Shown in pieces: positions 35,601-47,252 of a stretch of 64,000 bases of DNA (position 1 is its first letter; each line of letters opens with the position of its first letter). The stretch covers positions 6,572,001 to 6,636,000 of the forward strand of contig CM119383.1 of NCBI GenBank assembly GCA_051294905.1, written 5' to 3'. The DNA is from Botryllus schlosseri (lineage: Eukaryota). The notes below the pieces were generated by a model. It saw nothing but the letters and a program-made list of their open reading frames with translations. It searched no databases and was not told the origin of the DNA. The translations under genes and the position numbers were made by a program.

Positions 35601-37310
35601 GGGAGGGGGGTGCAAGCATCTGAAGGGGGCGCGAAGCTTCATTCAACTGAAAATTTCTTTGTGCTTCACACAATTTACCTCCGATTCATAGTTATTGCTC
35701 TGTGTATAGGACGAATTTCATTTTGAGAATTCTCTCATCCACATTCATAACCTTCCATGCCATCAAACTATCCGTTGGGATTGCAAGCATGCTGGTTTCA
35801 TTTTGCGATATGACGATAAGGGGGGCGCGAAATTTATCACTATCATAAAGTGGGCCGTGTCTAAAAAAGTTGGAGAACCACTAACGGTGTAATGTGTAAA
35901 CCGGTACAAATCAAGATTTCATTTACCCGGTATCCTTCCAAATCTCTCATGTGAACTTGAAGCATTGAAAGATCTCTCAAAATGTGAAGGTTTTCCTGAA
36001 AAATGACAGAATTCTCGAATATAGTTGGGTATCCAGGATTCGCAGTGATAGTACCTTGTCCCATCGCAGAGCGTTACGATAACACTTGATAGCTTCGTCA
36101 TACTTTTTTTCAGACCTCTGAAGTAGTCCGTAAACGTGCCAGCACACGTGCGATGTCAAATCATTTTTAAGACCTCTCCTCACGAGATCGTATGCTTCTT
36201 CCTTGCGGTTCAAGCAGTTGAGTATCAAACCCTTCATAGCCATTGTTTCTATAATAAAAAAAATACATCAGAAACAAATACCGTATTTCATATTGAATAT
36301 CTACCAGGAAGATCTACCCATAGCAACCAGGCCCTCACTTGAGTCTGGCAGGCAACAAAACTTTATATCCAAAAAAATGTTTGATAACAATCTCAGAAAG
36401 ATCAATTTCAGCTGCTACACCTTACACATTGAATTGAATCAGGCTTTATATACAAATTACACACAAACGATCAACTAAAATCGAAGTAGAGCTGAGTTCC
36501 AGAGTGGAATTGGTGGAGGAGGAGGACGTAGTTTATTTTTGTCCTTGATGTTATTGCGGCATATGCACCGACTCATGATACACATATACCGTTACACACA
36601 TGGAATCGGTGTCCTGTGCTCACACTATGTTTGATTTTTTAATTATTTTTTATTAAATTACTTTAACTTGGAAAATCATCGCTGCTCACCTGATATATCA
36701 GGCAAAAAGGCCAGCGATTCCAATCAATCCGTGCATATGCATACCATGAGTGCATGATGTGCATATGTCGCTGGACAAGAAAGGTGCAGATATAGCCTTT
36801 TACGGCTTTATAAGTCATGCACAACCCCTCCATGCTATCCCAGTAATGCATGCGCAAGCAGGGTAGTCATGGATACCAGTGTTACTAATCAGGTCGGGAA
36901 TCGAACCCACGACCTATACCGATCAAGAAGACAGACGCTTCACCATTATTCTATCTTGTCGGCAACGTCATGCAGAACTTTCTGTTCAATTACTTGATTA
37001 TTTTATGCAGAAAAGCTCTCATCACGCAGGATTTATTTCAAAAAATGAACCGAGATTCCATAGGGGGCTGAGTTCAGAATACTGCATAATAGATAGTACA
37101 TCCTCTTACCTCCGTGTTCAGCATATTTAGGATTGCTCATTATTTGCTTGGCGAATTTCAAGCCATTCCGATATTGCTTCTGCTCATAGCATTTCTGAAA
37201 ATGACAACAATTTATTTTAACAGCCTATAATATCGATTTTTATGCTCCCTTACCAAAATACGATTGAACAGAGCCTTTTCCTTGGTTGGAAGTGGTTGCT
37301 TTGATGGCAT
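26607..37310 (-). CDS. NAA15: N-alpha-acetyltransferase 15/16, NatA auxiliary subunit (TPR), ~875 aa, 19 coding exons
   Basis: Exons 37310-37254, 37194-37110, 36248-36055, 35995-35927, 35308-35168, 35101-34957, 34819-34735, 34512-34382, 34319-34140, 33633-33467, 33222-33070, 33007-32879, 32214-32065, 31428-31250, 30354-30279, 29281-29065, 28749-28612, 27651-27554, 26840-26607 (2628 nt, in frame). Motifs [89 protein letters not shown]. Confidence 0.95.
27765..27855 (-). repeat. Copy of hammerhead-bearing intronic repeat, stem I disrupted
   Basis: Minus strand reads ACAG-CUGACGA-GUGUCAGUC-GAA-AAUAUU-U-GGGU; the flank CTTCTTGGAGGTACAGAACT is shared with the copies at 23.8 and 28.9 kb. Confidence 0.7.
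28890..28960 (-). repeat. Truncated copy of hammerhead-bearing repeat (3' half only)
   Basis: GAGCTTCTTGGAGGTACA flank plus minus-strand CCGAAAATATTTGAGT; the CUGANGA half is missing. Confidence 0.6.
30791..31147. mobile_element. Older copy of GACTCGAGTC-family MITE
   Basis: Termini CAGGGTTG / CAACCCCG; 8-bp flanks TCATCACC / TCATTAAC (6/8); internal similarity to 17589-18060. Further partial copies near 1900-1981, 26950-27070, 29460-29830, 32440-32520, 38695-38800, 53690-54105. Confidence 0.7.
31650..31683 (+). ncRNA. Minimal type I hammerhead ribozyme motif (putative)
   Basis: ACCC-CUGACGA-G(UGUCAGC)C-GAA-AAUAUU-C-GGGU: stem I ACCC/GGGU, core CUGANGA, 1-bp stem II, GAAA, palindromic stem III AAUAUU, UC cleavage site. 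Activity untested. Confidence 0.65.
35585..35883. mobile_element. Charlie-like hAT MITE in an NAA15 intron
   Basis: Termini CAGTGGTTCTCAAACT / AGTTGGAGAACCACTA; no clear TSD. A similar right end (GGTTGAGAACCACTG) ends at 1244. Confidence 0.6.
36690..36960 (-). mobile_element. tRNA-derived SINE in NAA15 intron 2
   Basis: Minus strand head GATAGAATAATGGTGAAGCG...GTGGGTTCGATTCCC (B-box) followed by a non-tRNA body; 3' boundary approximate. Confidence 0.45.
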
Positions 37311-39721
37311 TTTCAAGGTTGTAACCGACTTTTTGTCCCCAATATCACCTGAGAAAATCTGTCATTGGCCAAGTAACGTACTAATTTATCCTGCAAATCA
37401 AAGTTCGTCGTCATCAGTGTTTCAATTGGTTAAATGTATTGGCAGTTCGAGTACTTAGGTGCAACGCGGCTTAGTATATTATTACTAACATTACACAGCA
37501 CAGCATACAAAGTATTACGAACTTTAGATCAGTCTTGGACGCTGCCTAATCTCCTTCACGGAAGGAAATGTACCAAGAGAATTCCAATAGAGTCGTCACT
37601 ACATAGCCCAAGTACTCTGATGAGAGCATTTTCAACGTATCACCATTTCATAACACCACAATTTTTTCTTTAAATAATCAATATTCAGGGAATTGATTAT
37701 GAAAAATCATATTTGTTTTCATTGCACGCCCTTTCCCAAGGAGAGACGAGTATAAAGTTATACAAATACACTACATTTAGAATAAAAATGATGACATAGG
37801 CCTGTTGGATACGTACTTAGTGTTACAAATGGCTCCACTCCTATAAGCGTGGTTTTTATTTTTGCAATCTACTAAAAATGTTGATTGTTTGTGAAATTTC
37901 AGGCAACATGGCGTGTGTTATGAGCACAAAATTGCATATACTTATCGTGTAAACTGAACAAACGTTCGGTGTGGTCTTACGCTGTTTTGTGGGGCCCGAT
38001 AAAAACGGCGTGAACTGTTGCGAACACTCTTCTTGCCATATTTCTCACTGACCAAATCGTAAATGGTGGTCATCAAGTGGTTGCATTTCCTACGTCTACA
38101 AAAATATTCAATTCATTACCATTTCACCAGAATGCCTGAAAGTCACGATGACTTGAGTGACGTTTCTTGAAGGACTTGATTAGAATTGCTAACTTCCTGA
38201 GGTTACTCGGTCCCGATGTATGAGCATTGAGCAATGAGCATTGAGCAACATGTAATGACTCGTGACTGGGGGGAAAATTTTAAAGTCCTTGGATTTTTTC
38301 ACTCTCGGACACACTGAGAATGACCACGTCATGAATAGTGAACCTTTTTGCTGGATTCCGTTTCAATACACTTTCTCTGCGGTTAATTCCATCAGTAATT
38401 ACACTGCAGTCGAGACAAAACAGCAACGATAATTATGTCCTTGTCAGTGGTCATAGTGACCTTGGCTGGCAATAAGGTAACACTACTTCCAATATCCACT
38501 GAGCCAATAGCTCTATAATGGCTGTGATGCAACCATGCATAAATTCATTCAATAAGTATCGCTTGTGTGAAACCAGCTGAGGCTCCACTAACATCAGTAC
38601 CTGTGTGTCATGAACGTCAGAATCCATCTCGGGCTATATGCGACATTAGAAACAAGATTTACGAGCCATCCAATACTGGGTAATCGTTTTTGACATGACT
38701 TTGCTTGACTCGAGTCACTTCAAAAATTCGAGTGGCTCCAGTTGACTGGACTCGGGGGTCAAAATTCGCATTGACTCAAATGTAGTAACTTGATCCCAAG
38801 AATGCTCAGTACATGTTCTAAACCGCAGCATCAGCAGTCTTTCCTCGCCCAGTAGCTGAGCTGAGCTCACAAACTATTTCCCAACCGACTGCTTTTCGCC
38901 TCTGGCAACAATCTAGGCTTAGTAGCAAAGTTATCATCACGACAAAAGCACAAGCAACTGGTATTTTATACTTTGCAGCATGATATATTCAGATAAGTGC
39001 ATCACAAGAATAAATCACATAGCACAACAGCAACAATACGAATTGCAGGAGTGGTCCAGGTAGTCAGCGTGGGTACTCAAGTAGAAGGAAATCCACAAAT
39101 TTAGTAGTAATAGTTAGTAGAAATAACTATTTCTAAGACATGGCAAAGCTACTTCAAGTAGAAATAGCAAATGAAGGTCTGAAAGTAATCCAGTGACTTC
39201 TAAAAGCAGATTTCGTCAGGCGGTCACATATTGCAAATTTCACAAATATATTCAGTTAACGTGTAACAGGGACTATAACGATCAATTATGTGAATTTTTC
39301 ACTCAGAAAAGTTATGCAAACATATCCCGAAACTTCTTACTACTTTACAAAATACAAAGTGAAGAAAGTAGGTAGTTTTGCCTGAAAATCTGTTGAGTAG
39401 GAGGGGAAGTAGTCTGAAAATATTGTTAGTCATTGTGAAAACGTAGAAATAATTCATTATTGACCACCTACAACGAGTTGATTCTTATCTACCATACCAA
39501 ACACCAATCACACTAGGTAACATTGCAGTGAAATAAAAAATAAAAATACAGTGTTTCCACAAATACAAAAATATATTCCGGTAGTCATTACAAAGAAATA
39601 TAAATAGTAACCTATTGTTCTACCATTGTTCTACCAACCAAAATAATCACTAATTGCATCGATTCATTAAGAAATAAGCATGTGTTAGAATATGAATTTT
39701 GCAATGAAGTTAGATGATAGG

Positions 39722-40233
39722 TAGGGCTGGGCAAAATCGAGTACCTGAGTGATTCGATTCTGAATCACGTGAAATGCTTCGAGTCGAGTAATCGAGTATC
39801 ACCCATTATGACGTCACAACAGAATGTAATATGACGAATTTCAAATCTGTACCTTTTATGCGACCACAAAGACTATAATTCCTATTATCCATCACATTGA
39901 AGAGATTTTGGTATTTTTTCGACCATGCCGATTTTATTGCACTTGGTGACAAAGTTGTGGGATGATCATCACTTCGGAAATAAGTTATTTCTAGTAACAT
40001 TCGTAGCATTGTACTATATGTTTCGTATGCTACGATACCGCCAATCAAGGCTCCGAAACTTCAGCAATGAAAATTAGTATCGAAACTATATTTCTCATTG
40101 ATAAATTAGCTTTCAGTGGCGAGGAGAGTATAATTTCAGTACTCGAAAAAATCTGATTTTACAACTCGACTCGAATCATTAAAATTAATACTCGATTCAG
40201 ATTCGAGTACTCGAATCATTGTGCCCAGCCCTA
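39722..40233. mobile_element. hAT-type MITE, ~512 bp
   Basis: TIRs TAGGGCTGGGCA / TGCCCAGCCCTA; direct flank TGATAGG (7-8 bp depending on boundary choice); a diverged partial copy starts near 22150. Confidence 0.85.
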
Positions 40234-41003
40234 TGATAGGTGGATTAAAATCTTTCTAGAATCATCAATTACTATTTGTAATACCATTTTAAGCATGCCA
40301 AGGACCAGCAATTACGTGACTAGGAAGTTTAATTGTGTATATAGTGGTGTGAATCTGGAAAATAAATATTGACCAAACATGCAGCCACTGGTTTACCATG
40401 TCTGCTGGATATGAAACATAACGATACAATATACATCAGGTCTTTTCAATCAACTGCTCAAACAGGGTCCCACTGCACTAAAATCCAAGCTACGCATATG
40501 AAACAGGTAGAACCAATTGCAACAACGCTAGAAGTCACATCGTATAGTTATGATTCAACTCGATGGTTTTCATATTGATGTAATGATGTGCACTTCCACA
40601 GTAACATATGGAGGATTGCAAAGTATTGTTCATGCGTATGTGAGTTGTGTATTGTACAGTTATTATTGCAGTCGAATATTGCAATTTTTACGTCATACCG
40701 AGATAGGTCCCCGTTTTTCTATTGCATTCATTCTCATTCATTGAAATGGACGAGGAAACCACTATTAAAGTTTTAGTAAATTGAATTCAGTTCATGGTTC
40801 GCAGGGCAGGGCAGAGCCAGTGAAGAACACAATGAAAATAGTAGATTTCAGTTTTTAAAACGTGATGGCCCACCATTCAATAGCCGTGACATCAAATTTC
40901 ACTTTCTACATATGCAACTGGACTTTCATCGGAGAAGAAAGATGGCAAACACCTACATTATCACTGAACTAGTATTTAGCATCAGCTAACAACACACCTC
41001 AGT

Positions 41004-44000
41004 TCAAAAAGGAATTATCCTTCTCCCAGATCCAGTAGGTGAAAATTCATTAACTCTAGCCCACATGACAGCTTCGTCCAGAGCTATCATGGTGATACCG
41101 TCGTCTAAATAAAATTTAGGGCCGTGTATTTGCTGTTTGGTCAAAGTCGACATTATCGAGCTGGTGTGCGAAGGCAGCGGCGATCCGACAGCCACCGTTT
41201 CTTTGCGAGAAATCGATTTCACGTTGGCCAGCTGAAAAATCCTAACCTCATTCAAGTGTTTGCTTTTGATCGTTTCTGCTTTGTCCGTAATGGTCCTCTT
41301 CGAGATGTATTCGACCCAAGACCGCAAGTAGGTCGACAAATCTTTCGAAGTCAAGGGAAAGTCTTGACTCTCTCCAACCGCCATCTCTACTCGCTCCGTC
41401 ATGGCGACAGCGTGCTCTAATAACGGCGTCACAACTGTTAAAAATCCATGTTTTAAAGCCTTCAGACAGCCAATCAAAGCAGATATGGCAAGCAACTGAT
41501 TCCTCGCATGTCGCTGTTCACGTTCCGTTAATATCACAGAAGAAATCGTGAAAATATTAGACGCCTGAACAATTTGCTCGTCGTCCAGGCACCAATCTCG
41601 CCGGCTTATTTCCTTTTTCAGATATTTTAAACCCACCTCCAAAGCTTTCAAGCGTTGAGTAGACAGCAAAAAGCACTGTATCGCTTTTACAGTATTTCCC
41701 GACGCCAAGTATGTTTCTCCAAGCTCAGAAAATCTATCCGGAGGGGGCAAACCTGCATACTGGTGAAGATTAACCCTGTGCGATTCATCACCGATAAACC
41801 TCGCGCACGACGCGTGTACCGGTGTCCAATTATCATCCGTGACGTTGCATTGCAGGAAAGCGTGCACCATCTCGATCGCGAAATAGTAATTGCCTTTGCC
41901 TTCGAGTTTACGAGAATAAAGAAGAGCCGCCTGCCTGGTGGACTCGTCGCTTATTTTCAAAGCCTTTCCGAGGCACAGCGCGATTATCAACTCATTGCCG
42001 CGCAGCAGAGTGTCGATGGCTCCGCTACGGTCGTTTTTGGACAGAAGATAAGTCGCAGACCGTAAAGGATCGCCACTGTTAAATTCAAATAGCGAGAGTT
42101 TCTCAAAGCATTTGTCTCGTAATATCTCAAGCTCTGGATCAATCGTGGTTCCGTTCTCTAATTCTGTAGATTTCACTGTGTCGTTGCGATCTACAACAGG
42201 CGCCGAGACGCGGCCTTCACACGCACTCTGCGCTAAGAGCAGCGCGTCTTTGTATTCCGCATATTGCAGCAGATCTTCGACGCATTTTTTCCCATCGCCG
42301 ATCGCGACGCGATAAGGCAAGTACTCGCTGTCACCAGATTTTTCCAGCAAACGCGCGTATTCTTCCGCCAACGATCTCCAATACTTCATCGACACGCCCG
42401 CAGCTAACGACAAAGCGGTTTCCCACCGTCCGAGCTGCTTCAAGATTTCACAATGTTTCCGTAAATTGCCGATCTTCAGATGAGACGAAGCCGCATTTTC
42501 CAGTAGCATTTCCTGTTGACGATTCCCAGACGCCGACTTTGCGGATGTGGCCATTTCGATTTCCAGCGCTTCAGCGGCGGTGTATTTAATCAGGTGATCA
42601 CGGTGGACGATACCTTTCTTATAATCGGGCGACAGAGAGGTCTCTTTCGCACCCTGACCGAAAAAGGCCACGTCCCACAGATTTTCCAAGGCCGGATTGC
42701 CGATAAAAAACTCCGACAACCAACGAAGCTTGAGGATAGCGGAATCAGGTCTTGACGATAATTCGTTAGAAATTTGCGTCGACATTCGTCCGGACAACTT
42801 CATATCGGAACTTACCATCACCTCATCCGCAGTTGCTAGAATCTGATCAAACCGATGACCGACAAGCGCTTTCGCAAACAGCATACTAACGTAAGGAGCC
42901 AAGCTCCATAATCTCACCGTGGAATCTCGTGATGAAGATGCTAGCAAAAACGGTGAAGACGGATGCGAATCTAACCCGTATACATCCGCACCGTGATCAT
43001 CGATCACATCCAAGCACTTCTGCTCCAACTCCCTCACATCCCACAGTCTAATCGTGCTATCCCAAGACCCAGACACTAGAAGATACGGGATTTCGTGATT
43101 CCACGATAGACCCCTTACTTTGTCAGTATGTCCGTTTAGCACTGCGACACAAGGCGACTTCGAAGCGGTGTTCCACACGCGCACGGTACAGTCGTCGGAT
43201 CCAGAACACAACACGTTTTCGATCAAAGGGTGCCACCGTACGTGAAACACTTTTTTCTCGTGACCTTCCAGCGCGAAAAGACATTTAACGTAAGAGTTAA
43301 CATACCAAACTCTAACCACACCGTCGTCACAACCTGTCGCTAATTTATCTTTATCGTTATTGCTCCAATCGCACCCATACACTGCAGCTGGGTGATCCAT
43401 ACGACGTATATTCTCTCCATTCAACTGCCTGACTACGCAGGTCTTGTCTTCCGACGCGGACGCAATTTTGTGAGAGTCCTTCTTACTCCAAGCCACGCTG
43501 AAAACACAATTGGTACCGTGTTCAGCGAACCGTTTGATGACACGTCCCTTCTTGTAATCCCACACAAACACGCCTTTTCTCCGTGTTCCGCACACGATGC
43601 AGTCTAGATCCTGCGGCGCCCAACTTATGGAGTATATAACTCCTTCATTTCCGACTGACGATTTCACCGGGGATAAATCGCTGGTCGACCAGATTTTAAC
43701 AGTGCCGTCAAACGATGCGGTTGCTAAGATTTTAGAATCGTCGGCTTTGAATTTACAATCGAAAATAGTCTCGATATGACCCTGATCCTTCAAAACGATC
43801 CATTTGCGTCTCTGTAAATCATACAGTCCCACGCCGCCATCTCGAAAAGTACAAACCACGTTCGCGGGAGGTACAGGTGTCGCGATCGATTGAGACTGGG
43901 ACCGTTTTCTTCTATGTGAGCCGTACAAATAATTTTCGTCATAACTCTGTCGAACGCCAGTACCTTTGATAACGTGGATGCCGTTAAACCCCATTTGTTT

Positions 44001-44849
44001 GATTCGGAAACTTCCGACAGGCGTTTCCTGACCCACAGTCCAGAGTCGCAACACCCCGTTTTCGCGATCCCCAGTTAAAAACATACCGGGAGCCGAATGT
44101 ATCCATGAAAACGTGACCGTAGTAACGGCCTTACTGGGCAAACAAAAAGTAGTAACAACACTTCCACTCACGGCATCAACCATTCTCACACCGGTGAGTA
44201 GATTCGCGACAAGAATATAATCTTCAGAAAGAGGGTCCCAACTTAGCAGCTGCACAAAATCTCCTTCGATGGATTCCTCATCAAATTTTACCTTTGTCTT
44301 TTTGAAAAGACCCTTTTCCCTGCAAAACACAGACACTGTTCCATCCTCGTAGCCAAACGCGACAGTCTCAGGTTTCGAATGATGCCAACGAAACACAGAC
44401 ACCTTAGTTCCGGAGATACATGCGATGTTTTTCAGTACGTTCACTTTTCCGTTTGATATATTCCACTCTTCCAGATATCCAGATGATCCTATATAAGTCA
44501 GATATGCACCGTCATCACTATTCACCCAGTCGATACAGCGCGGATCCTGTTTCAGATATCTCAGCTTTGCGATGGCTTTTTGCTTAACTACGTCCCACAC
44601 GATTATCTTTGAATCCCCACCCGACGTTGCGACAAGGTTGGTTCTTTTTTTGTTCCACGAAATCGACGAAATGGCTTTATCGTGCTCTGCGTTGATGGAG
44701 GACAGCTTGTATTCTTGCGATCCGGGCAGTCTCTCGTAAATGTACACGGCCAGCGTTGAGCAGTACGCGAATTTCGATTCCGTGCCATCCAGCATGTTCG
44801 GATTCCATGGTTGGCATCCGGCGGGCAGCAATTGCAATTGTCGCATCAT
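41004..44849 (-). CDS. WDR17: WD repeat-containing protein 17, single-exon CDS, 1281 aa
   Basis: Uninterrupted ORF with the characteristic N-terminus LLPAGCQPWN, WDPLSEDY, GHIETIFDCKFK, GNEGVIYSISWAP, HPAAVYGCDWS, DHGADVYGL and C-terminus EAVMWARVNEFSPTGSGRRIIPF. Confidence 0.93.
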   Translation of the reverse strand: MMRQLQLLPAGCQPWNPNMLDGTESKFAYCSTLAVYIYERLPGSQEYKLSSINAEHDKAISSISWNKKRTNLVATSGGDSKIIVWDVVKQKAIAKLRYLKQDPRCIDWVNSDDGAYLTYIGSSGYLEEWNISNGKVNVLKNIACISGTKVSVFRWHHSKPETVAFGYEDGTVSVFCREKGLFKKTKVKFDEESIEGDFVQLLSWDPLSEDYILVANLLTGVRMVDAVSGSVVTTFCLPSKAVTTVTFSWIHSAPGMFLTGDRENGVLRLWTVGQETPVGSFRIKQMGFNGIHVIKGTGVRQSYDENYLYGSHRRKRSQSQSIATPVPPANVVCTFRDGGVGLYDLQRRKWIVLKDQGHIETIFDCKFKADDSKILATASFDGTVKIWSTSDLSPVKSSVGNEGVIYSISWAPQDLDCIVCGTRRKGVFVWDYKKGRVIKRFAEHGTNCVFSVAWSKKDSHKIASASEDKTCVVRQLNGENIRRMDHPAAVYGCDWSNNDKDKLATGCDDGVVRVWYVNSYVKCLFALEGHEKKVFHVRWHPLIENVLCSGSDDCTVRVWNTASKSPCVAVLNGHTDKVRGLSWNHEIPYLLVSGSWDSTIRLWDVRELEQKCLDVIDDHGADVYGLDSHPSSPFLLASSSRDSTVRLWSLAPYVSMLFAKALVGHRFDQILATADEVMVSSDMKLSGRMSTQISNELSSRPDSAILKLRWLSEFFIGNPALENLWDVAFFGQGAKETSLSPDYKKGIVHRDHLIKYTAAEALEIEMATSAKSASGNRQQEMLLENAASSHLKIGNLRKHCEILKQLGRWETALSLAAGVSMKYWRSLAEEYARLLEKSGDSEYLPYRVAIGDGKKCVEDLLQYAEYKDALLLAQSACEGRVSAPVVDRNDTVKSTELENGTTIDPELEILRDKCFEKLSLFEFNSGDPLRSATYLLSKNDRSGAIDTLLRGNELIIALCLGKALKISDESTRQAALLYSRKLEGKGNYYFAIEMVHAFLQCNVTDDNWTPVHASCARFIGDESHRVNLHQYAGLPPPDRFSELGETYLASGNTVKAIQCFLLSTQRLKALEVGLKYLKKEISRRDWCLDDEQIVQASNIFTISSVILTEREQRHARNQLLAISALIGCLKALKHGFLTVVTPLLEHAVAMTERVEMAVGESQDFPLTSKDLSTYLRSWVEYISKRTITDKAETIKSKHLNEVRIFQLANVKSISRKETVAVGSPLPSHTSSIMSTLTKQQIHGPKFYLDDGITMIALDEAVMWARVNEFSPTGSGRRIIPF

Positions 44850-46084
44850 TTTTTCTAATTTTGCGCTACATCCGAGCAGGCAATACTTAGAGTACCGTAC
44901 AAAGCTAAGACTGAAATTGGGATAGAAATAGCAATTATATCCAGTTGAATTTCGACACTAGAGAGTTGATGTAGCCTAATAATTTCACCAACGCTCAAAA
45001 CTAACCAACTAGCGTATATCTAGTATTTGAAGAGACTCTTAATTATACATTTTAATAACATATTTATGTTGAAAAAAACCCAAATAGTTTCGACTTACAA
45101 CGGCAGAGCCTCAGGGGTAATCGTCAGCCACTAGTAGAAAATTCAAAACAACATCCCAAAATTATCCAGGTTAATTTCAATATGAATACAGGCCTATTAT
45201 TCAATTATATCTAGTATTCATATAATGACTAACCAGTAAACAACCGTATCTACTACTAGATTTTATAGCCTAGCCATCATTACGTTGGTTCAATCTCAAG
45301 ATACTTCAAAGTGGTGATCAAAACTTTGTCCACTGTACAGGGACTGTGCATCATAGCAGCTGTATTTTTGTAAAACAAAGAAGTGTCATTTAGAATGATA
45401 CTGATACGACAGCTGAAGTATTGTCAGAAACTTCCACAACCCCATCTCTCAGGCTAAGGTACTTAAGATAATTGCGTCATTCAAGAGTTTATCTCATAAA
45501 TAATCAATTCCTAAAGGACAGTGTCAAATTCTGTATCGATTTTTGCAAAGGGTGAAGTGAATATAATCTTCTCCCAATAAAGCCATCTAAACACACTGCA
45601 TTTGACGAATCAATAAAATTGCATTCGAGGGCTACTGTGCAAAAGCGAGCTAGGGGCGGCAATTACAGTTAAAACAAAGAAAATCAGTTGTATAATCAGA
45701 AGTCAGACAACTGATTATTATTGGTGTCCGTGCTATGATTGGATATTATATTAGATCAATTGATGAAATGTATATATCTCGGTAAGCCAGTACAAGGGAA
45801 GTTTTCTTCACAAGTAAATGCAAAATATGCTATTGAATTGCCAAACAATATTCTAATGGAAACTGTTACATCCCAATTATCCCTATATGTTTATAATCAA
45901 ATAAATCTTCTACGGAAATAGTCTGTCCCTAACCTCTCATCATCTGGAGACTATACTTATTAGAAACTTTATCCACATGTAGTCAAATTTCGTCTCAAAC
46001 ACAACACCTACAGTCTACATCATTTTTATATATATTTTCATTATTCGAAAATAATAAGCAGGTTCAAAAGATATCAGCACTCAG

Positions 46085-47252
46085 CATAGGCGCCGAACGC
46101 TAATTTTCCTTAGGCATGCGAGTTCGATGACGTCACAAAGGAATGACGTCATGATCCGACGGAATTGATATTTAGGGATAATATAGCATCAATTCATGAG
46201 GGTTAAGTGCCTGCATAAATGCCGATTATGCAATATCTGCGTGTTAACAAACTTGCGCGTATGATAAGCTTGTCAACGAGTCCGGAAGTGCTGTCAATTA
46301 GCGAGTCCCTGATCGCTAGCGAACAATTAAATACGCCGCTTATCAACGCGTATTACGTAACCTCGGCGACGATTTGCGCAAGGCAAAATGTCAGAGTTGT
46401 TATGGAATCTGTTCTATAATGGCACCGATTTCAGGTTGTTCCAACCTTTCCCGTCTTTTACAACTCAAGCCTTGACAGTTGACACACATCTTCTGATGAT
46501 TATGTTTAGGTATTAGCGGGATTCACTTACGCATGCACGGCGCACTCACAATCGCACATGTCTGCGGACATTCGATGTCATTCAGGTTAGCGATGCCGCT
46601 CTTCAATTACAATCGCTAACCAACAAACACCTAACGGCATTGTCACCAAGCCATCGAAAGATTGGAGCTAGCGCATGCTAGGCTCGAGAGATGGGAGCCA
46701 ACGCATGCCTGGCTCTAGACGCGATAGTTAGCCAGCGATGATATCTTTCGTACCAGGCCTGTTGCAGATGCGATTGTGTAGGCAAGCGATAATATCGTGT
46801 GCGCCAATGCAGATGCGAATGTGCAGGCAGCGATGGCACCGGGCCTACTGCTGATGTGATTGTTCATCAAGGTCAAGCGAGTGAAACTAGGCTTGTAGGA
46901 GACGCGATAAAGCAGGCAAGCGCCCCAAGCGATGATTGCCGAACGCACGGCAATCAGTGACACAATTTCGCGCTCATCTCAGCGGGAGATCGTGTCGCGT
47001 TACATTGTGCACAGACATATCTCGTTAATTGGCAACGCGATTGTAGCTAATTGGCCGCGCGCAACGGGTTACCTCGCTCACATAAGCGGTAGTAGGTAAT
47101 GTCGTAAACGGAAATACATTGCGATTCGTTCTAAATAACACAATCGGGGATTATGCCGATTCATGTCGAACCGAATTCTAGGCATGCCGCATGCCTAAAA
47201 AAATGTCTAGGCATGCCTGGCATGCCTTGCATGCCCAGGTTCGGCGCCTATG
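46085..47252. mobile_element. Non-autonomous DNA transposon, 1168 bp (hAT or P superfamily by TSD length)
   Basis: Perfect 14-bp TIRs CATAGGCGCCGAAC / GTTCGGCGCCTATG; perfect 8-bp TSD GCACTCAG; subterminal GGCATGCC repeats. Confidence 0.88.

Noticed and set aside
38380-38540. Minus-strand VDIGSSVTLLP resembling a retroviral protease motif
   Set aside because: Isolated short match flanked by stops, with no RT, LTR or other support.
39806-40048. 80-aa ORF with a LKFVILHS motif
   Set aside because: Lies wholly inside a MITE whose diverged copy near 22150 does not preserve the frame.
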